NCBI GenBank assembly: GCA_047602405.1
Contig: JASGHJ010000002.1
Location: 1,184,001 to 1,248,000, forward strand
Direction: 5' to 3'
Source of the DNA: Anaeromyxobacteraceae bacterium
Lineage (GTDB): Bacteria > Myxococcota > Myxococcia > Myxococcales > Anaeromyxobacteraceae
Length of the DNA stretch: 64,000 nucleotides
Position numbers and translations under genes: made by a program
Notes under the pieces: model-generated
Told to the model about the DNA's origin: nothing
Databases searched by the model: none
What the model saw: the letters and a program-made list of their open reading frames with translations, nothing else
In this document: one piece after another, positions 1 through 10,005 of the stretch
Position numbering within the stretch: the stretch's first letter is position 1
Layout of the letters: every line of letters starts with the position of its first letter

Positions 1-1009
1 AGAGGACGCAGGCCTCGCCGGCGAGCTGGATGAGCGCGGCGGACATGAGGCCGGTGACGATGCGGCCGTCCTTGCCGCGGAACTGCGCCTCGAGGTTCTC
101 CACCCGCCCCGCGGCCCTGAGGCCGTTCACGAGCCGGTCGCGATCGGTCGGGTCGACCCAGACCCCGAGCTCCACCGCGGGGTGGCCCACCACGTCGTCG
201 GCGGTCCAGCCGGTGAGGCGGGTGAAGCCGTCGTTCACGGCGACGTAGACGCCGTCGGCGAGGCGGGTGACGTTCACCGCGTCGGGGCTCGTCATGAAGG
301 CGAGGCGGAACCGCTCCTCGCTCTCGCGCAGGGCCACCTCGGTCTCGCGGTGCTCCTCGATGGCGCGCTCGAGCGCGAGGTTGCGCTGGGCGAGCTCGCG
401 GGTGCGCTCGCGGACCTTGCGGTCGAGCTCGTCGGCGAGGAGCCCGAGCTCCTCGAGGAGCGTGCAGTTGTCGAGCCGCGCGACCACGAGCTCGACGAGG
501 CGGTGGAGGAAGATCTCCGAGCGGCGCAGGCGGGCGGCGCCGCGGTCGTCGGCGAAGAGGAACGCGCCCTCCGGCACGGCGCGCGAGCGGAACGGGATGA
601 GCAGCACCGCCGCCGGCGCGAAGCGGAACGCGGCGCCCAGGCCGGAGTCGGCGCAGGCGGGGCCCTCGAGGAGCCGGCTCGCGACGGCGAGGTGTTCCGG
701 CAGCCGGCCGGAGAGGGTGAGCGACGGGCGCATGGGCGGCGCGTCGGAGAAGCTCGTGAAGTGCTCGAGGATCGTCGCTTCCGTGCCGCCCAGCGAGAGG
801 CACGCGCAGAGCGGGATGTCCTTCAGCATCGAGATGCGCTCGAGTCCGGCGCGCAGGATCGGGCCGCGCTCCTTGAGCGCGTGGATCTGCTCCGCGACGA
901 GGCCGAGCAGGAGGGCGTCCTCGTGCCCCTCGGTCAGGCTCGAGTTCTCCTCCTCGAGGAGCGAGAGCCGGCGCTCGAGGGCGCGAAGCTCCTCGTCGTG
1001 ATGGCTCAC
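1..1009 (-). CDS. PAS-domain sensor protein, probably a histidine kinase (C-terminal part runs off the left edge)
   Basis: Manual translation from GTG at 1009: MSHHDEELRALERRLSLLEEEN...RKVRERTRELAQRN...ALRESEERFRLAFMTSPDAVNVTRLADGVYVAVNDGFTRLTGW...EAQFRGKDG. This gives a GAF-like region, a coiled coil and a PAS domain. Not in the ORF track because it is open at the edge. Confidence 0.8.
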   Translation of the reverse strand, partial: MSHHDEELRALERRLSLLEEENSSLTEGHEDALLLGLVAEQIHALKERGPILRAGLERISMLKDIPLCACLSLGGTEATILEHFTSFSDAPPMRPSLTLSGRLPEHLAVASRLLEGPACADSGLGAAFRFAPAAVLLIPFRSRAVPEGAFLFADDRGAARLRRSEIFLHRLVELVVARLDNCTLLEELGLLADELDRKVRERTRELAQRNLALERAIEEHRETEVALRESEERFRLAFMTSPDAVNVTRLADGVYVAVNDGFTRLTGWTADDVVGHPAVELGVWVDPTDRDRLVNGLRAAGRVENLEAQFRGKDGRIVTGLMSAALIQLAGEACVL

Positions 1010-1105
1010 GCGGCCCGCCCTGTGTATCCCGCCGTCTTCACCCGGGAATCCCCTCGATACCCGTCGATACCACGATGGGGATCGGGGTCCAGTTCCCGGC
1101 TGCCG

Positions 1106-3385
1106 CTACGCGTACCCCCAGCGCCGCCGGAGCAGCCACTCGGCGGTCAGGAGCCCCGCGAGCAGCGCGAGCCAGCCGCCGCGGTCCCAGATCGGCACGC
1201 TCCTGCGGCGGCCGATCTCGACCACCTCGGGGTCGGCGAGCCTGAGGTCGGGCAGGTCGCCGGGCAGCGCCGCGGCGTTCCCGCCGGTGGCCGCCGCGAT
1301 CGCCGAGAGGAGCTCCGGCCGCGGCGCCGCGTCGGCGTCCTCGGGGCCCGCCCCGCGCACGGCCACCGCGGCGGTCGCGACCTCCTGCCCGTCCTCGCTC
1401 CGGGCGTTGACCTTGTAGGCCCCCGGCCCGGGCGGCTGCAGCTCGATCCGCGCGTTGCCGTCGTCGCCCGCCACCGCCTCGCCGCGGGCGACGGACTTGC
1501 CGTCCTCGGACACGAGCTCGGCGGTCACGCGCTTCCCGGCGCGCGGCCCGAAGTCGGGGCCCCGCACGGCGACCGTGAGGCCGACCGGCGCGCCGGGCTC
1601 GACCGCGGGCGCGTCGGGCTCGACCTGCAGCGGCGAGAGGCCGGGGTCGCGCACGAGCCAGCGCAGGGCCGCGTTCCAGAAGCGCAGGTAGGCCCGGTTG
1701 CCCTGGCCGAGCTCGGCGGCCTGGAACCCCCAGCGCCAGGAGGCGTCGGTCGCGACCGCGAGCGAGCGCCCCTGGCCCACCTCGCGGATCGCGACCACCG
1801 GCGCGGGCCGGCCGCCGACGAGCGCCTCGGGGGCCTCGAGCAGCACGGAGGCGCCGGCGCTCGCCGCGAGGGGGCGGGTGAGGTTCACCGCGGTGATGGG
1901 CGGGAGCGCCGCCCAGAGCGCCTCGTTCTGGCCCTCGCTCGCCGCGAGCCGCACGAGCGGGTGACGGCGCCCCTCCGGCGTGAGCCGCGGGCGCGCCTCG
2001 CCCTCGCGCATCGGGAGCCCGTTGACGAGCTCGACCGGCAGCACCTCGGCGAGCGGGGTGTCGCCGTACTGCCCGTCGGCGAACGAGAGCTCGCCGCCCA
2101 CCATCGCGAGCGCGCCGCCCCCCTTCACGTAGTCCCGGATGCCGGGCAGGTAGCGCTCGATGCCCATCGAGCGGTACGGCGCGTAGGCGAAGTTCGCGAA
2201 GATGATCGCGTCGAACGTGCGGAGCTGCTCGCCGAAGATCTCCTGCACCGGGAACGGGATGAGCGACAGGTCCTGCTGCGGGCCAGGGTCGTCCGAGGTG
2301 GAGCGCAGGATGTAGAACGACACGAGGTCGACGTTCGGATCCTGCTTCAGCACCGAGCGCAGGAAGCGCACGTCCCAGCTCGGCCGGCCGGCGACGAGGA
2401 GCACCCGCACCCGGTCCCGGATCACCCGCAGCACGAACGAGCGCTGGTTGTTCTCGACGACCGCCTCCCCGGGGAAGACCGGGGCGGCCACCGTGAACAC
2501 GAAGGTGCCGGTCTGGTCGGGCGCGAAGGGGATCGGCACGGTGTAGCGGTCACGGCCGGGCTCGAGCTTCACGTTCGCGGTCGAGACCACCGCGCCCTCG
2601 CGCCGCAGCACGAGCTTCACGTCCTCGCTCCCGAACCCGCGGGCCCGCAGCGTCACCTCGGCGGTGAGCGAGTTCCGCACGAAGGCGAAGTCGTCCACCG
2701 CGACCCGCTCGACCGCGAGGTCGCGGGGCGCGCTCCGCCCGGTGGACGCGGTGTTCACCGGCACGCCGAGCGCCTCGATGCGGGCCTTCGCGGCGGGGGA
2801 GAGGCCCTCGGCGAGCTCGGCGTTGTCGGCGCCGTCGGAGACGACGAGCACGCCGGCGAGCTTGCGGGACGAGCCGCTCCCGGCCGCGGCGGCCTCGAGC
2901 GCGCCCACGAGGTCGGTCCGGCCGGCCTTCGACGCGAGCGGGCCCTTCGCGAGCTCGGCCGGGTCGAGCGGCGACAGCTCCTGCCCGAACGTCGACCACT
3001 CGACGTCCACCCGATCGGCGAGCCGGCCGAGCGCGGCCCGGCCCCTCGCGAGGGCCTCGGCGGCGGCCTCGGCGCGGCTCGGCCCGCCGGGCTCCACCGG
3101 GAAGTTCATCGAGCGGGAGGCGTCGAGGAGGACGGCGAGGCGGTTGCGCACCCGGGCGGTCTGGAGCAGCTCGACCGCGGGCTCGAGCGCGAGGAACACC
3201 GCCACCGCGGCGGCGACGGCCCGCAGCGCCACGAGCGCGGCCTTCCGGGCGCGGCGGGGCTCGCCGCGCAGGCCGCGCCAGGCGAGGAGGACGGAGGCGA
3301 GGGCGGCGGCGACGACGAGCGCGATCGCCCAGGTCGGCAGCGGGCTCTGCGCGGCGAGGCGCCAGCTGTCGTACGTCCCCTCCAC
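1106..3385 (-). CDS. Membrane-anchored VWA + class I glutamine amidotransferase-like (DUF1355-type) protein
   Basis: N-terminal TM helices, VWA MIDAS-like LLDASRSM and VVSDGADN, RVLLVAGRPSWDVRFLR, GGALAMVGG, C-terminal EWLLRRRWG. Confidence 0.75.
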   Translation of the reverse strand: MEGTYDSWRLAAQSPLPTWAIALVVAAALASVLLAWRGLRGEPRRARKAALVALRAVAAAVAVFLALEPAVELLQTARVRNRLAVLLDASRSMNFPVEPGGPSRAEAAAEALARGRAALGRLADRVDVEWSTFGQELSPLDPAELAKGPLASKAGRTDLVGALEAAAAGSGSSRKLAGVLVVSDGADNAELAEGLSPAAKARIEALGVPVNTASTGRSAPRDLAVERVAVDDFAFVRNSLTAEVTLRARGFGSEDVKLVLRREGAVVSTANVKLEPGRDRYTVPIPFAPDQTGTFVFTVAAPVFPGEAVVENNQRSFVLRVIRDRVRVLLVAGRPSWDVRFLRSVLKQDPNVDLVSFYILRSTSDDPGPQQDLSLIPFPVQEIFGEQLRTFDAIIFANFAYAPYRSMGIERYLPGIRDYVKGGGALAMVGGELSFADGQYGDTPLAEVLPVELVNGLPMREGEARPRLTPEGRRHPLVRLAASEGQNEALWAALPPITAVNLTRPLAASAGASVLLEAPEALVGGRPAPVVAIREVGQGRSLAVATDASWRWGFQAAELGQGNRAYLRFWNAALRWLVRDPGLSPLQVEPDAPAVEPGAPVGLTVAVRGPDFGPRAGKRVTAELVSEDGKSVARGEAVAGDDGNARIELQPPGPGAYKVNARSEDGQEVATAAVAVRGAGPEDADAAPRPELLSAIAAATGGNAAALPGDLPDLRLADPEVVEIGRRRSVPIWDRGGWLALLAGLLTAEWLLRRRWGYA

Positions 3386-3386
3386 C

Positions 3387-4157
3387 TCAGCTCCGGCGCC
3401 TGAGGATGAAGGGGAGGTGGACCGCGTCGTCCTTGTAGTCGGTGCAGAGCGCGTACATCGCGAGGTTCACGCCGGTGCGGATGGCGGTCTCGCGCTGCGC
3501 CTCGCCGCCCGGCGTGCACGGGTACTCCCAGTCGCCGAGCTCGGTGCGGGCCCAGGCGCCGCCGAGGTCGTTCTGCGAGTACGCGACCGCGACGCGCCCG
3601 TCGAGCAGCTGCCCCTCCATCCAGGGCTTCACGAGCACCCGGCCCCCCTGCCGGTCGAGCAGGTAGAAGCTCTTCCAGAGCACGTGCTCGCGGGCGATGG
3701 GCGCGAGCGGCGAGGCGGGGAGCACCTTCGCGAGCTCCCTGCGGACGGACGCGTCGAAGCCGGTGCCGTCGGAGCCGTCGGCGGAGTCGACGAGCAGGAA
3801 CCCGCCGTACTGCAGGAACCGGCGCAGCCCGTTCCGCTCGGCGTCGGTGAGCGCCGGCATGGGCCCCGCGCCCGCGAGGTACAGCCAGGGGGTGCGGTGG
3901 AGGCCCGGGCGGTCGAGGCGGACCTGCGCGACCTCGGTGGCCGACTCGATCGAGGTGCGGCGCCCGAGCTCCCACCCCAGCCGGCGCAGGGCGCTCGGGC
4001 GCGGGTTCCAGGACCCGCCGTGCTGGACCTGCGCGAGGACCACCCGGGACGCGTCCGAGAGGGCGCGGGCGCGGTACGGGAGGAGGAGCGTGCCCGCGGT
4101 GCCCGCGAGCCCGCGCAGCAGGGCGCGGCGGGAGAGCGGGCGAGGGGTTCCGGGCAT
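3387..4157 (-). CDS. DUF4159 domain protein with Tat-like signal peptide
   Basis: SRRALLRG twin-arginine motif; GGFLLVD, SFYLL, NDLGGAW, GVNLAMYALCTDYKDD motifs typical of DUF4159. Confidence 0.8.
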   Translation of the reverse strand: MPGTPRPLSRRALLRGLAGTAGTLLLPYRARALSDASRVVLAQVQHGGSWNPRPSALRRLGWELGRRTSIESATEVAQVRLDRPGLHRTPWLYLAGAGPMPALTDAERNGLRRFLQYGGFLLVDSADGSDGTGFDASVRRELAKVLPASPLAPIAREHVLWKSFYLLDRQGGRVLVKPWMEGQLLDGRVAVAYSQNDLGGAWARTELGDWEYPCTPGGEAQRETAIRTGVNLAMYALCTDYKDDAVHLPFILRRRS

Positions 4158-4227
4158 CGACAGGCACCATGTTAGGGCGGATCCGGCCCGTCCGCACGGC
4201 GTCTTCGATGGTACATTCCGGCCCCGG

Positions 4228-4479
4228 ATGGCTCGAAAGGAACGGGTGAAGGCGGCGGCCGGCGTCGACCGCCTCGAGGGGCTCCTCGCCGCGGGCGACC
4301 ACGCCGGCGCCCGGCGGGAGGCGGCCCGGCTCCAGGCGGACGCGGGGGCCGGCGAAGACGCCCGCGCGCGCGCGGCCGGGGCGCTCGCCTCGCTCGCCCC
4401 GGAGCGCGCGGCGCTCGCGCTGGGCGCGCTCTCGCTCCTGGCGGCCGCCCTGATTTTCGGCTGGCTCCTGACCCGGTGA
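4228..4479 (+). CDS. Small membrane protein (83 aa)
   Basis: ATG 4228, MARKERVKAAAG..., single C-terminal TM helix; TACATT 10 nt upstream. Confidence 0.6.
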   Translation: MARKERVKAAAGVDRLEGLLAAGDHAGARREAARLQADAGAGEDARARAAGALASLAPERAALALGALSLLAAALIFGWLLTR

Positions 4480-4483
4480 CCGC

Positions 4484-5158
4484 GTGATCGACGATCCCTC
4501 CATGGTCGGCGCGCTCGGGTCCCGCGCGCGGGATCTGCTCGCCGGGCTCGGCGCGGCGACCGCGCTCGTCCGGGGCAGCGGCGCGGCGGCGGCCGCCGGC
4601 GTGGCCCTCCTGGGCGTCGTCGCGCTCACCGTCGCGGGGCGCGCCGAGCGGGTCCTCGCCGGCCTGGGCGGGGCCGCCGCGGGCGCGCTCGGGGCGTACG
4701 CGTTCCGGGGCGGGCTCGCGCTCCACCTCGGGTTCTCGGCCTCGACCTCGGCGCTGGCCGGCGCCGCGATGTGCGGGCTCCTCTCCGCCGCCCTCCCGCG
4801 GCTCTTCCCGTTCGTCGCCGCCGCGATCCCCGCCGCGATGCTCGGCCTCGGCGTCCCCATCGCGGGGCGCCCGTGGGCCGGCGCGCTCGCCGGGGCCGCG
4901 GTGGGAGGGCTGCTCGCCGCGGCCTTCGCGCGGAGCGTCTCGATCGTGCTCGCCTCGGTCGGCGGCGGGCTCCTGCTCGCGGTGGGCGGCCTCGCGCTGC
5001 TCGAGCGGTACCCCCTCGCGGCGGCCGCCGCCTCCCGGCCGGTGGTGGTGCTCGGGGTCGCGCTCGTGCTCGCCGTCGCCGGCACCGCGCTGCAGCTCGA
5101 GCGCAGGACGCCGCCGGCGCTCGACGCGCGCCGGCCGGCGGACCGCTCGATCTCCTGA
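4484..5158 (+). CDS. Multi-pass membrane protein (DUF4203-like)
   Basis: Hydrophobic Gly/Ala/Leu-rich helices throughout; follows the small gene directly. Confidence 0.6.
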   Translation: MIDDPSMVGALGSRARDLLAGLGAATALVRGSGAAAAAGVALLGVVALTVAGRAERVLAGLGGAAAGALGAYAFRGGLALHLGFSASTSALAGAAMCGLLSAALPRLFPFVAAAIPAAMLGLGVPIAGRPWAGALAGAAVGGLLAAAFARSVSIVLASVGGGLLLAVGGLALLERYPLAAAAASRPVVVLGVALVLAVAGTALQLERRTPPALDARRPADRSIS

Positions 5159-5168
5159 GCCGGGAAGG

Positions 5169-6206
5169 CTAATCCTCCGGCGGCCCGAGCAGCTCGAAGT
5201 CCGGGATCTGCTCCCGCACGTAGTCGCGCAGCCGCCCGGTGAGCTTGGCCTCGATCTGCCGGGCCCGCTCGCGGGTGAGCTTGAAGTGCGCGCCGATCTC
5301 CTGGAGCGTCAGCGGCGGCTCGCCGTCGGGCGGCATCAGCCGGCGCTCGAAGATGTAGCGCTCCTTCTCGTCGGTGATGGTGCCCGCGAACTCGGCGAGC
5401 TTCTCGCGGAAGAGCTGGCGGAGCTGCTCGTCGCCCATCCGGTCGTCGGCGAGCGCGCCGTCGTGGGCGGGGACGCGGTCCATCCCGGTCTGGCGGGAGT
5501 CGCCGTCGTCGGCGCGGAGCGGGGCGTCGAGCGAGAGGTCGTCGCTCGCCATACGCGCCGACATCTCCTCGACCTCCGACTCCTCGACCTGGAGGTTCTT
5601 CGCGAGGAGGCGCGGCGTCGGCTCGATGCCGCGGGCGAGGAGCTTCTCGCGCTCCTTGGCGAGGTTGAAGAAGAGCTTCCGCTGCGCCTGGGTGGTGCCG
5701 AGCTTCACGAGGCGCCAGTTCTCCATGATGAAGCGGATGATGTAGGCGCGGATCCACCAGGCGGCGTAGGAGGAGAGCTTCACGCCCTTCCACGGGTCGT
5801 ACTTCTTCACGGCCTGCATGAGGCCGAGGTTGCCCTCCTGCACGAGGTCGAGGAGCTGGAAGGCGGTCCGCCGGTACTCGTGGGCGATCTTCACCACGAG
5901 GCGCAGGTTGGAGGCGACGAGCTTGTAGGCCGCGTCCACGTCGCCCGTCTCGCGGTAGTGCACCGCGAGCTCGTGCTCCTCCTCGCGGGTGAGCACCGGG
6001 TGCCGGGAGACCTCCGCGAGGTACGCCCGCAGGGGGTCGTACCGGACGAGCCCCGCGTCGTCGCGCTTGCGGGCGGGCGGGGCGGCCGGGGCTGGCGGCA
6101 GCGGGGCGAGCGCGTCGTCGGCCTCCTCCGCCTCCGGCACGACCTCGGGCTCGGCCTCGGTGTCCTGGGAAGCCTCGATGTCCTTGGGGGATTTCGATCC
6201 GGCCAT
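5169..6206 (-). CDS. rpoH: RNA polymerase sigma factor, sigma-32/RpoH family
   Basis: LVASNLRLVVKIA, DLVQEGNLGLMQAVKKYDP, RpoH box LVKLGTTQAQRKLFFNL, region 4 TLQEIGAHFKLTRERARQIE. Start set at MAGSKS (6206). Confidence 0.9.
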   Translation of the reverse strand: MAGSKSPKDIEASQDTEAEPEVVPEAEEADDALAPLPPAPAAPPARKRDDAGLVRYDPLRAYLAEVSRHPVLTREEEHELAVHYRETGDVDAAYKLVASNLRLVVKIAHEYRRTAFQLLDLVQEGNLGLMQAVKKYDPWKGVKLSSYAAWWIRAYIIRFIMENWRLVKLGTTQAQRKLFFNLAKEREKLLARGIEPTPRLLAKNLQVEESEVEEMSARMASDDLSLDAPLRADDGDSRQTGMDRVPAHDGALADDRMGDEQLRQLFREKLAEFAGTITDEKERYIFERRLMPPDGEPPLTLQEIGAHFKLTRERARQIEAKLTGRLRDYVREQIPDFELLGPPED

Positions 6207-6447
6207 GGGGTGGGATGCGGCCGTTCGTGCGGCCGAACGGGTCTCCTGTGATATAGAGACCCGGCTCCGCGCGCAACGGCGCGGATGCCACACCGGCGCA
6301 TGGCGGGCCTCGCGGAACGGCGCGGGTCCCGGTGCCGGAACCCCGGAATCCACGGGGACACCGAGGCTCACGCGGTATCGAGCGAAGCTCTGCCATGCGC
6401 CATCACAGTCCGCCGCGCCCACGTGCGCGGTGGTGATGGAGAACAGC

Positions 6448-8403
6448 ATGGAGAACGAGCAGCAGGGGCCCGCGGCCGAGCAGGGCCTCGGGCCGGCAGG
6501 CCGCGCGGAGCCTTCGGACGTCGCGGCCGCGGCACCTTCCGACTACATCGCCACGGCGTCCTTCGACGAGCTGGGCATCTCGGAGCCGGTCCGGCGCGCG
6601 ATCGCCGAGCGCGGCTACACGAAGCCCACCCCGGTCCAGGCCGCGACCTTCAAGCCGGTCCGCGCCGGCAAGGACGTCATCGTCCGGTCGAAGACCGGCA
6701 CCGGCAAGACCGCCGCCTTCACGATCCCGATGCTGGAGCGGATCCCCGACGGCCGCCGCAAGCCCTCGGTGCTCGTGATGACGCCCACCCGCGAGCTCGC
6801 CATCCAGGTGGCCGAGGAGATGACCGCGCTCGCGAAGCACCGCGACCTGTCGGTCGTCACCATCTACGGCGGCGCCTCGATGGGCGACCAGCTCGACAAG
6901 CTGCAGAAGGGCGCGGAGCTCGTGGTGGGCACCCCGGGCCGCATCTACGATCACATCCGCCGCCGCACCCTCGACCTCGACGGCTGCATGGCCTGCTGCC
7001 TCGACGAGGCCGACGAGATGCTCAACATGGGCTTCTTCGAGGAGGTGACGCGGATCCTCAGCCACCTCCCCGACGGCTGCCAGCAGCTCCTCTTCTCGGC
7101 CACCGTCCCCGCCGACATCGAGCAGATCATCCGGGAGTACCTCACCGAGCCCGAGACCATCCTTCTCTCCGGCGACGAGTACCGGGTCGACAACATCCAC
7201 AACGTGATGTACCCGGCGGTGGACTCCTACCCGAAGCCCCGCAACCTCCTCTACATGGTCGAGAAGGAGGAGCCGGAGGCGGCGATCGTCTTCTGCAACA
7301 CCCGCAGCGACACCTCGCTCGTCACCGCGGTGCTCAACCGCAACGGCTACGACGCCGAGCTCCTGAACGGCGACCTCCCGCAGAAGGAGCGCGAGCGGGT
7401 GATGGCGAAGGTGAAGCGCGGCGAGGTCCGCTTCATGGTGGCGACCGACATCGCCGCCCGCGGCATCGACATCTCCGACCTCTCGCACGTCATCAACTAC
7501 TCCTTGCCCGAGGACCCGGCGATCTTCCTCCACCGGGTCGGCCGCACCGGCCGCATCGGCAAGAAGGGCACCAGCCTCTCCATCGTCTCGGGCGCCGAGA
7601 TCCACACGCTCACGGCGCTCCAGAAGAAGTTCGGGATCACCTTCGAGGAGCGGACGCTCCCCACGCCCGAGGAGGCGCGCAAGGCCTGGAGCGATCGCCA
7701 CGTCGGCGAGCTCAAGGAGGCGATGAGCGCCTCGATCTTCGAGGCCTTCATCCCGCTCGCCCAGGAGCTCAAGACCCGCCCCGACGGCGACTACCTCATC
7801 GCCTACGCGCTCAAGTACTTCTTCACGCACCACCGCATGGAGCGGGCGCAGGACCGCGAGAAGGCCGAGCACAAGAAGGAGCAGCACGAGACCAAGCTCG
7901 AGCACAAGGAGCACAAGGAGGAGAGGCGCGAGCGCCGCGAGCCGCGCGAGGGGCGCGAGCGCGGTCCCCGGCGTGAGCGGGGCGAGCGCGGTGAGCGGGG
8001 CGAGGGGCGCCGCGAGCGCCGCGACGGCGACGGGCCGCGCCGCGAGCGCAGCCGCCGCGAGGAGCCGAGCACGCCCTCCGTCGAGGTGCCCGCCACGCTG
8101 CAGGGCGGCGAGGCCGCCCCGGCCGAGGGCGCCGCAGACGCGCCGGCGCGCGAGGCCCGCCCGCCGCGGTCCCGGATCTTCGTGGGCGCGGGCGAGCAGG
8201 AGGGCGTCGACGACGCCGGCGTCCGCGCCTTCGTGGAGGCCCACGCGCCCGGCACCGAGCTCGGCGCGGTCGAGCTCCGCCGCTCGCACGTCTTCCTCGA
8301 GGTGAAGCCCGAGGCCGGCGACGCGCTCGTCGCCGCGCTGAACGGCAAGGAGCTCGGCGGCAAGGCCGTGCTCGTCGAGAAGGCCCGCCGCCGCCGGCGG
8401 TAG
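6448..8403 (+). CDS. DEAD-box RNA helicase with C-terminal DbpA-type RNA-binding domain
   Basis: Q motif PTPVQ, KTGTGKT, PTRELA, DEAD, SAT, ARGID, HRVGRTGR; GGAG upstream of ATG 6448. Confidence 0.95.
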   Translation: MENEQQGPAAEQGLGPAGRAEPSDVAAAAPSDYIATASFDELGISEPVRRAIAERGYTKPTPVQAATFKPVRAGKDVIVRSKTGTGKTAAFTIPMLERIPDGRRKPSVLVMTPTRELAIQVAEEMTALAKHRDLSVVTIYGGASMGDQLDKLQKGAELVVGTPGRIYDHIRRRTLDLDGCMACCLDEADEMLNMGFFEEVTRILSHLPDGCQQLLFSATVPADIEQIIREYLTEPETILLSGDEYRVDNIHNVMYPAVDSYPKPRNLLYMVEKEEPEAAIVFCNTRSDTSLVTAVLNRNGYDAELLNGDLPQKERERVMAKVKRGEVRFMVATDIAARGIDISDLSHVINYSLPEDPAIFLHRVGRTGRIGKKGTSLSIVSGAEIHTLTALQKKFGITFEERTLPTPEEARKAWSDRHVGELKEAMSASIFEAFIPLAQELKTRPDGDYLIAYALKYFFTHHRMERAQDREKAEHKKEQHETKLEHKEHKEERRERREPREGRERGPRRERGERGERGEGRRERRDGDGPRRERSRREEPSTPSVEVPATLQGGEAAPAEGAADAPAREARPPRSRIFVGAGEQEGVDDAGVRAFVEAHAPGTELGAVELRRSHVFLEVKPEAGDALVAALNGKELGGKAVLVEKARRRRR

Positions 8404-8586
8404 CGCACCGCGGCGTCCGGTCCAGGACCCCTACGTAAGCGCTAGCGCGCCGCGCTGGAGGTCCGCACGGACCGGCGCGGGCGCACGCCTGCGGGCTCCC
8501 TCGACTCCGGGATTTTCACGGACCGGGTACATGCGCTAGAGGGGGAGTGCGGCGGATCCGCGTTCGCTCGACCGAGCGGGGGATAC

Positions 8587-10005
8587 ATGCACCCACATGC
8601 CAGGTACGCCGCAGCACTCGCGCTCGTCCTCGCCGTCGTCCCGGCGCGGGCCGAGGACCTCGCGGCCGCCTCGCGACGCGCGGCGGACGCGCTCGCGACC
8701 GTGCTCGCGGCGGCCCCGGAGCGGGCGACGGTGAAGGCGATCGCGGTCCCGCCGCTCGGCGTGCAGGGTGGGGTCGGGGCGGATCAGGGCGTGCGCGCGG
8801 CCGAGGCCCTCGGGGCCCGGCTCGCCACCGTCGCCCGGGTGAGCGTGCTCGACGCGCAGACCTTGAAGGGCGTGCTCGGTGAGGCGCGCCTCTCGGCGCT
8901 GAACGGCAACCTCCGCGCCGACGAGCCGGCGCTCACCTCCCGCAACCTCGCGCAGGCGATCGTCACCGGCACCGTGGCCGTGGAGGGCGACCACCTCCGC
9001 CTCACCGCGCGCCTCGTGCTCGTGCCGTCGGGCAAGCTCCTCGCCCAGGCGCAGGGCCAGGCCGACGCCGTCGTGTCCGCCGCGGTCCCGGTGCCGCCCC
9101 CGCCCGCGCCGGTGGGGAGCTCGGCGGCCTCCCGCGCGACGGCCGAGCCGCAGCGCATCGAGGTCGCGATGCGCAGGGTCGCCGACGGCCTCGCGGCCGG
9201 CTTCGCGAGGCTCCCGGGCAACGCCCGCTACCACCGCCTCGCGGTGCTGCCGCTCGGCGAGGTGGGCGACCGCGTGCAGAAGCAGCGCCTCGGCACCGTG
9301 GTGGCCGCCGAGCTCGCGACCGACCTCCGCCGGGATCACGGGCTCCTGCTGGTGGAGCGCGAGCGCCTGGGGCAGGTGCTCGGCGAGCTCAAGCTCCAGC
9401 AGATGACCTCCCCCGACTCCTCCACCACCGCGAAGATCGGCCAGCTCGCCGAGGCGCAGGCGCTCGTGATCGGCTCGGTGGCCGAGGCGGGCGATCGCTA
9501 CCTCGTCACCGCGCGGATCGTCGCCACCGAGACGGGCGAGGCGCTCGCGGCCGAGTCCGCGAGCGTGCCCGCCGCCGGGCTCGTCGCGCTCGCCTCCGAC
9601 GCGGTCGTGCTCCGCACCCGCGGCGACGCGGCGTTCCGCAGCCTCCTCGTGCCCGGCCTCGGCCAGGCCTACAACCGGCAGAAGGCGAAGGCCTGGGCCT
9701 TCGGCGGCGCCGCGCTCGCGCTCGCGGGTGGGGCGGCCGTGTTCCACCTCTCCGGCACCTCGTCGAGGTCCGACTACGACAAGGCCACCTCCTCCGAGGT
9801 CGCCACGAAGGCCTACGACGACGCGCAGACCTCCTTCCGCACCCGCAACTGGCTGCTCGCCGGGCTGGGCGCGGTCTGGGCGGTGAACGTCATCGACGCC
9901 TACGCGTCCGGCGTGGACGGCGAGGCGGCCCTGGGCGGCGGCGTCGCGATCGCGCCGGTGGCCGCGCCCGGCGCGGGCGGCCTGGTCGTCGCGGGCCGGT
10001 TCTAG
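8587..10005 (+). CDS. Exported protein with two CsgG/FlgO-like domains and a C-terminal DUF5683-like membrane segment
   Basis: Signal peptide; LVERERLGQVLGELKLQQ...IGQLAEAQALVIGSV...VTARIVATETGE; AAFRSLLVPGLGQAYN...NVIDAY. Confidence 0.7.
   Translation: MHPHARYAAALALVLAVVPARAEDLAAASRRAADALATVLAAAPERATVKAIAVPPLGVQGGVGADQGVRAAEALGARLATVARVSVLDAQTLKGVLGEARLSALNGNLRADEPALTSRNLAQAIVTGTVAVEGDHLRLTARLVLVPSGKLLAQAQGQADAVVSAAVPVPPPPAPVGSSAASRATAEPQRIEVAMRRVADGLAAGFARLPGNARYHRLAVLPLGEVGDRVQKQRLGTVVAAELATDLRRDHGLLLVERERLGQVLGELKLQQMTSPDSSTTAKIGQLAEAQALVIGSVAEAGDRYLVTARIVATETGEALAAESASVPAAGLVALASDAVVLRTRGDAAFRSLLVPGLGQAYNRQKAKAWAFGGAALALAGGAAVFHLSGTSSRSDYDKATSSEVATKAYDDAQTSFRTRNWLLAGLGAVWAVNVIDAYASGVDGEAALGGGVAIAPVAAPGAGGLVVAGRF

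Noticed and set aside
7860..8060. Repeats in the DEAD-box helicase tail (and in the AMIN linker 55080-55680)
   Set aside because: These are low-complexity coding sequence (RGE/HKE, AEAK), not independent DNA elements.
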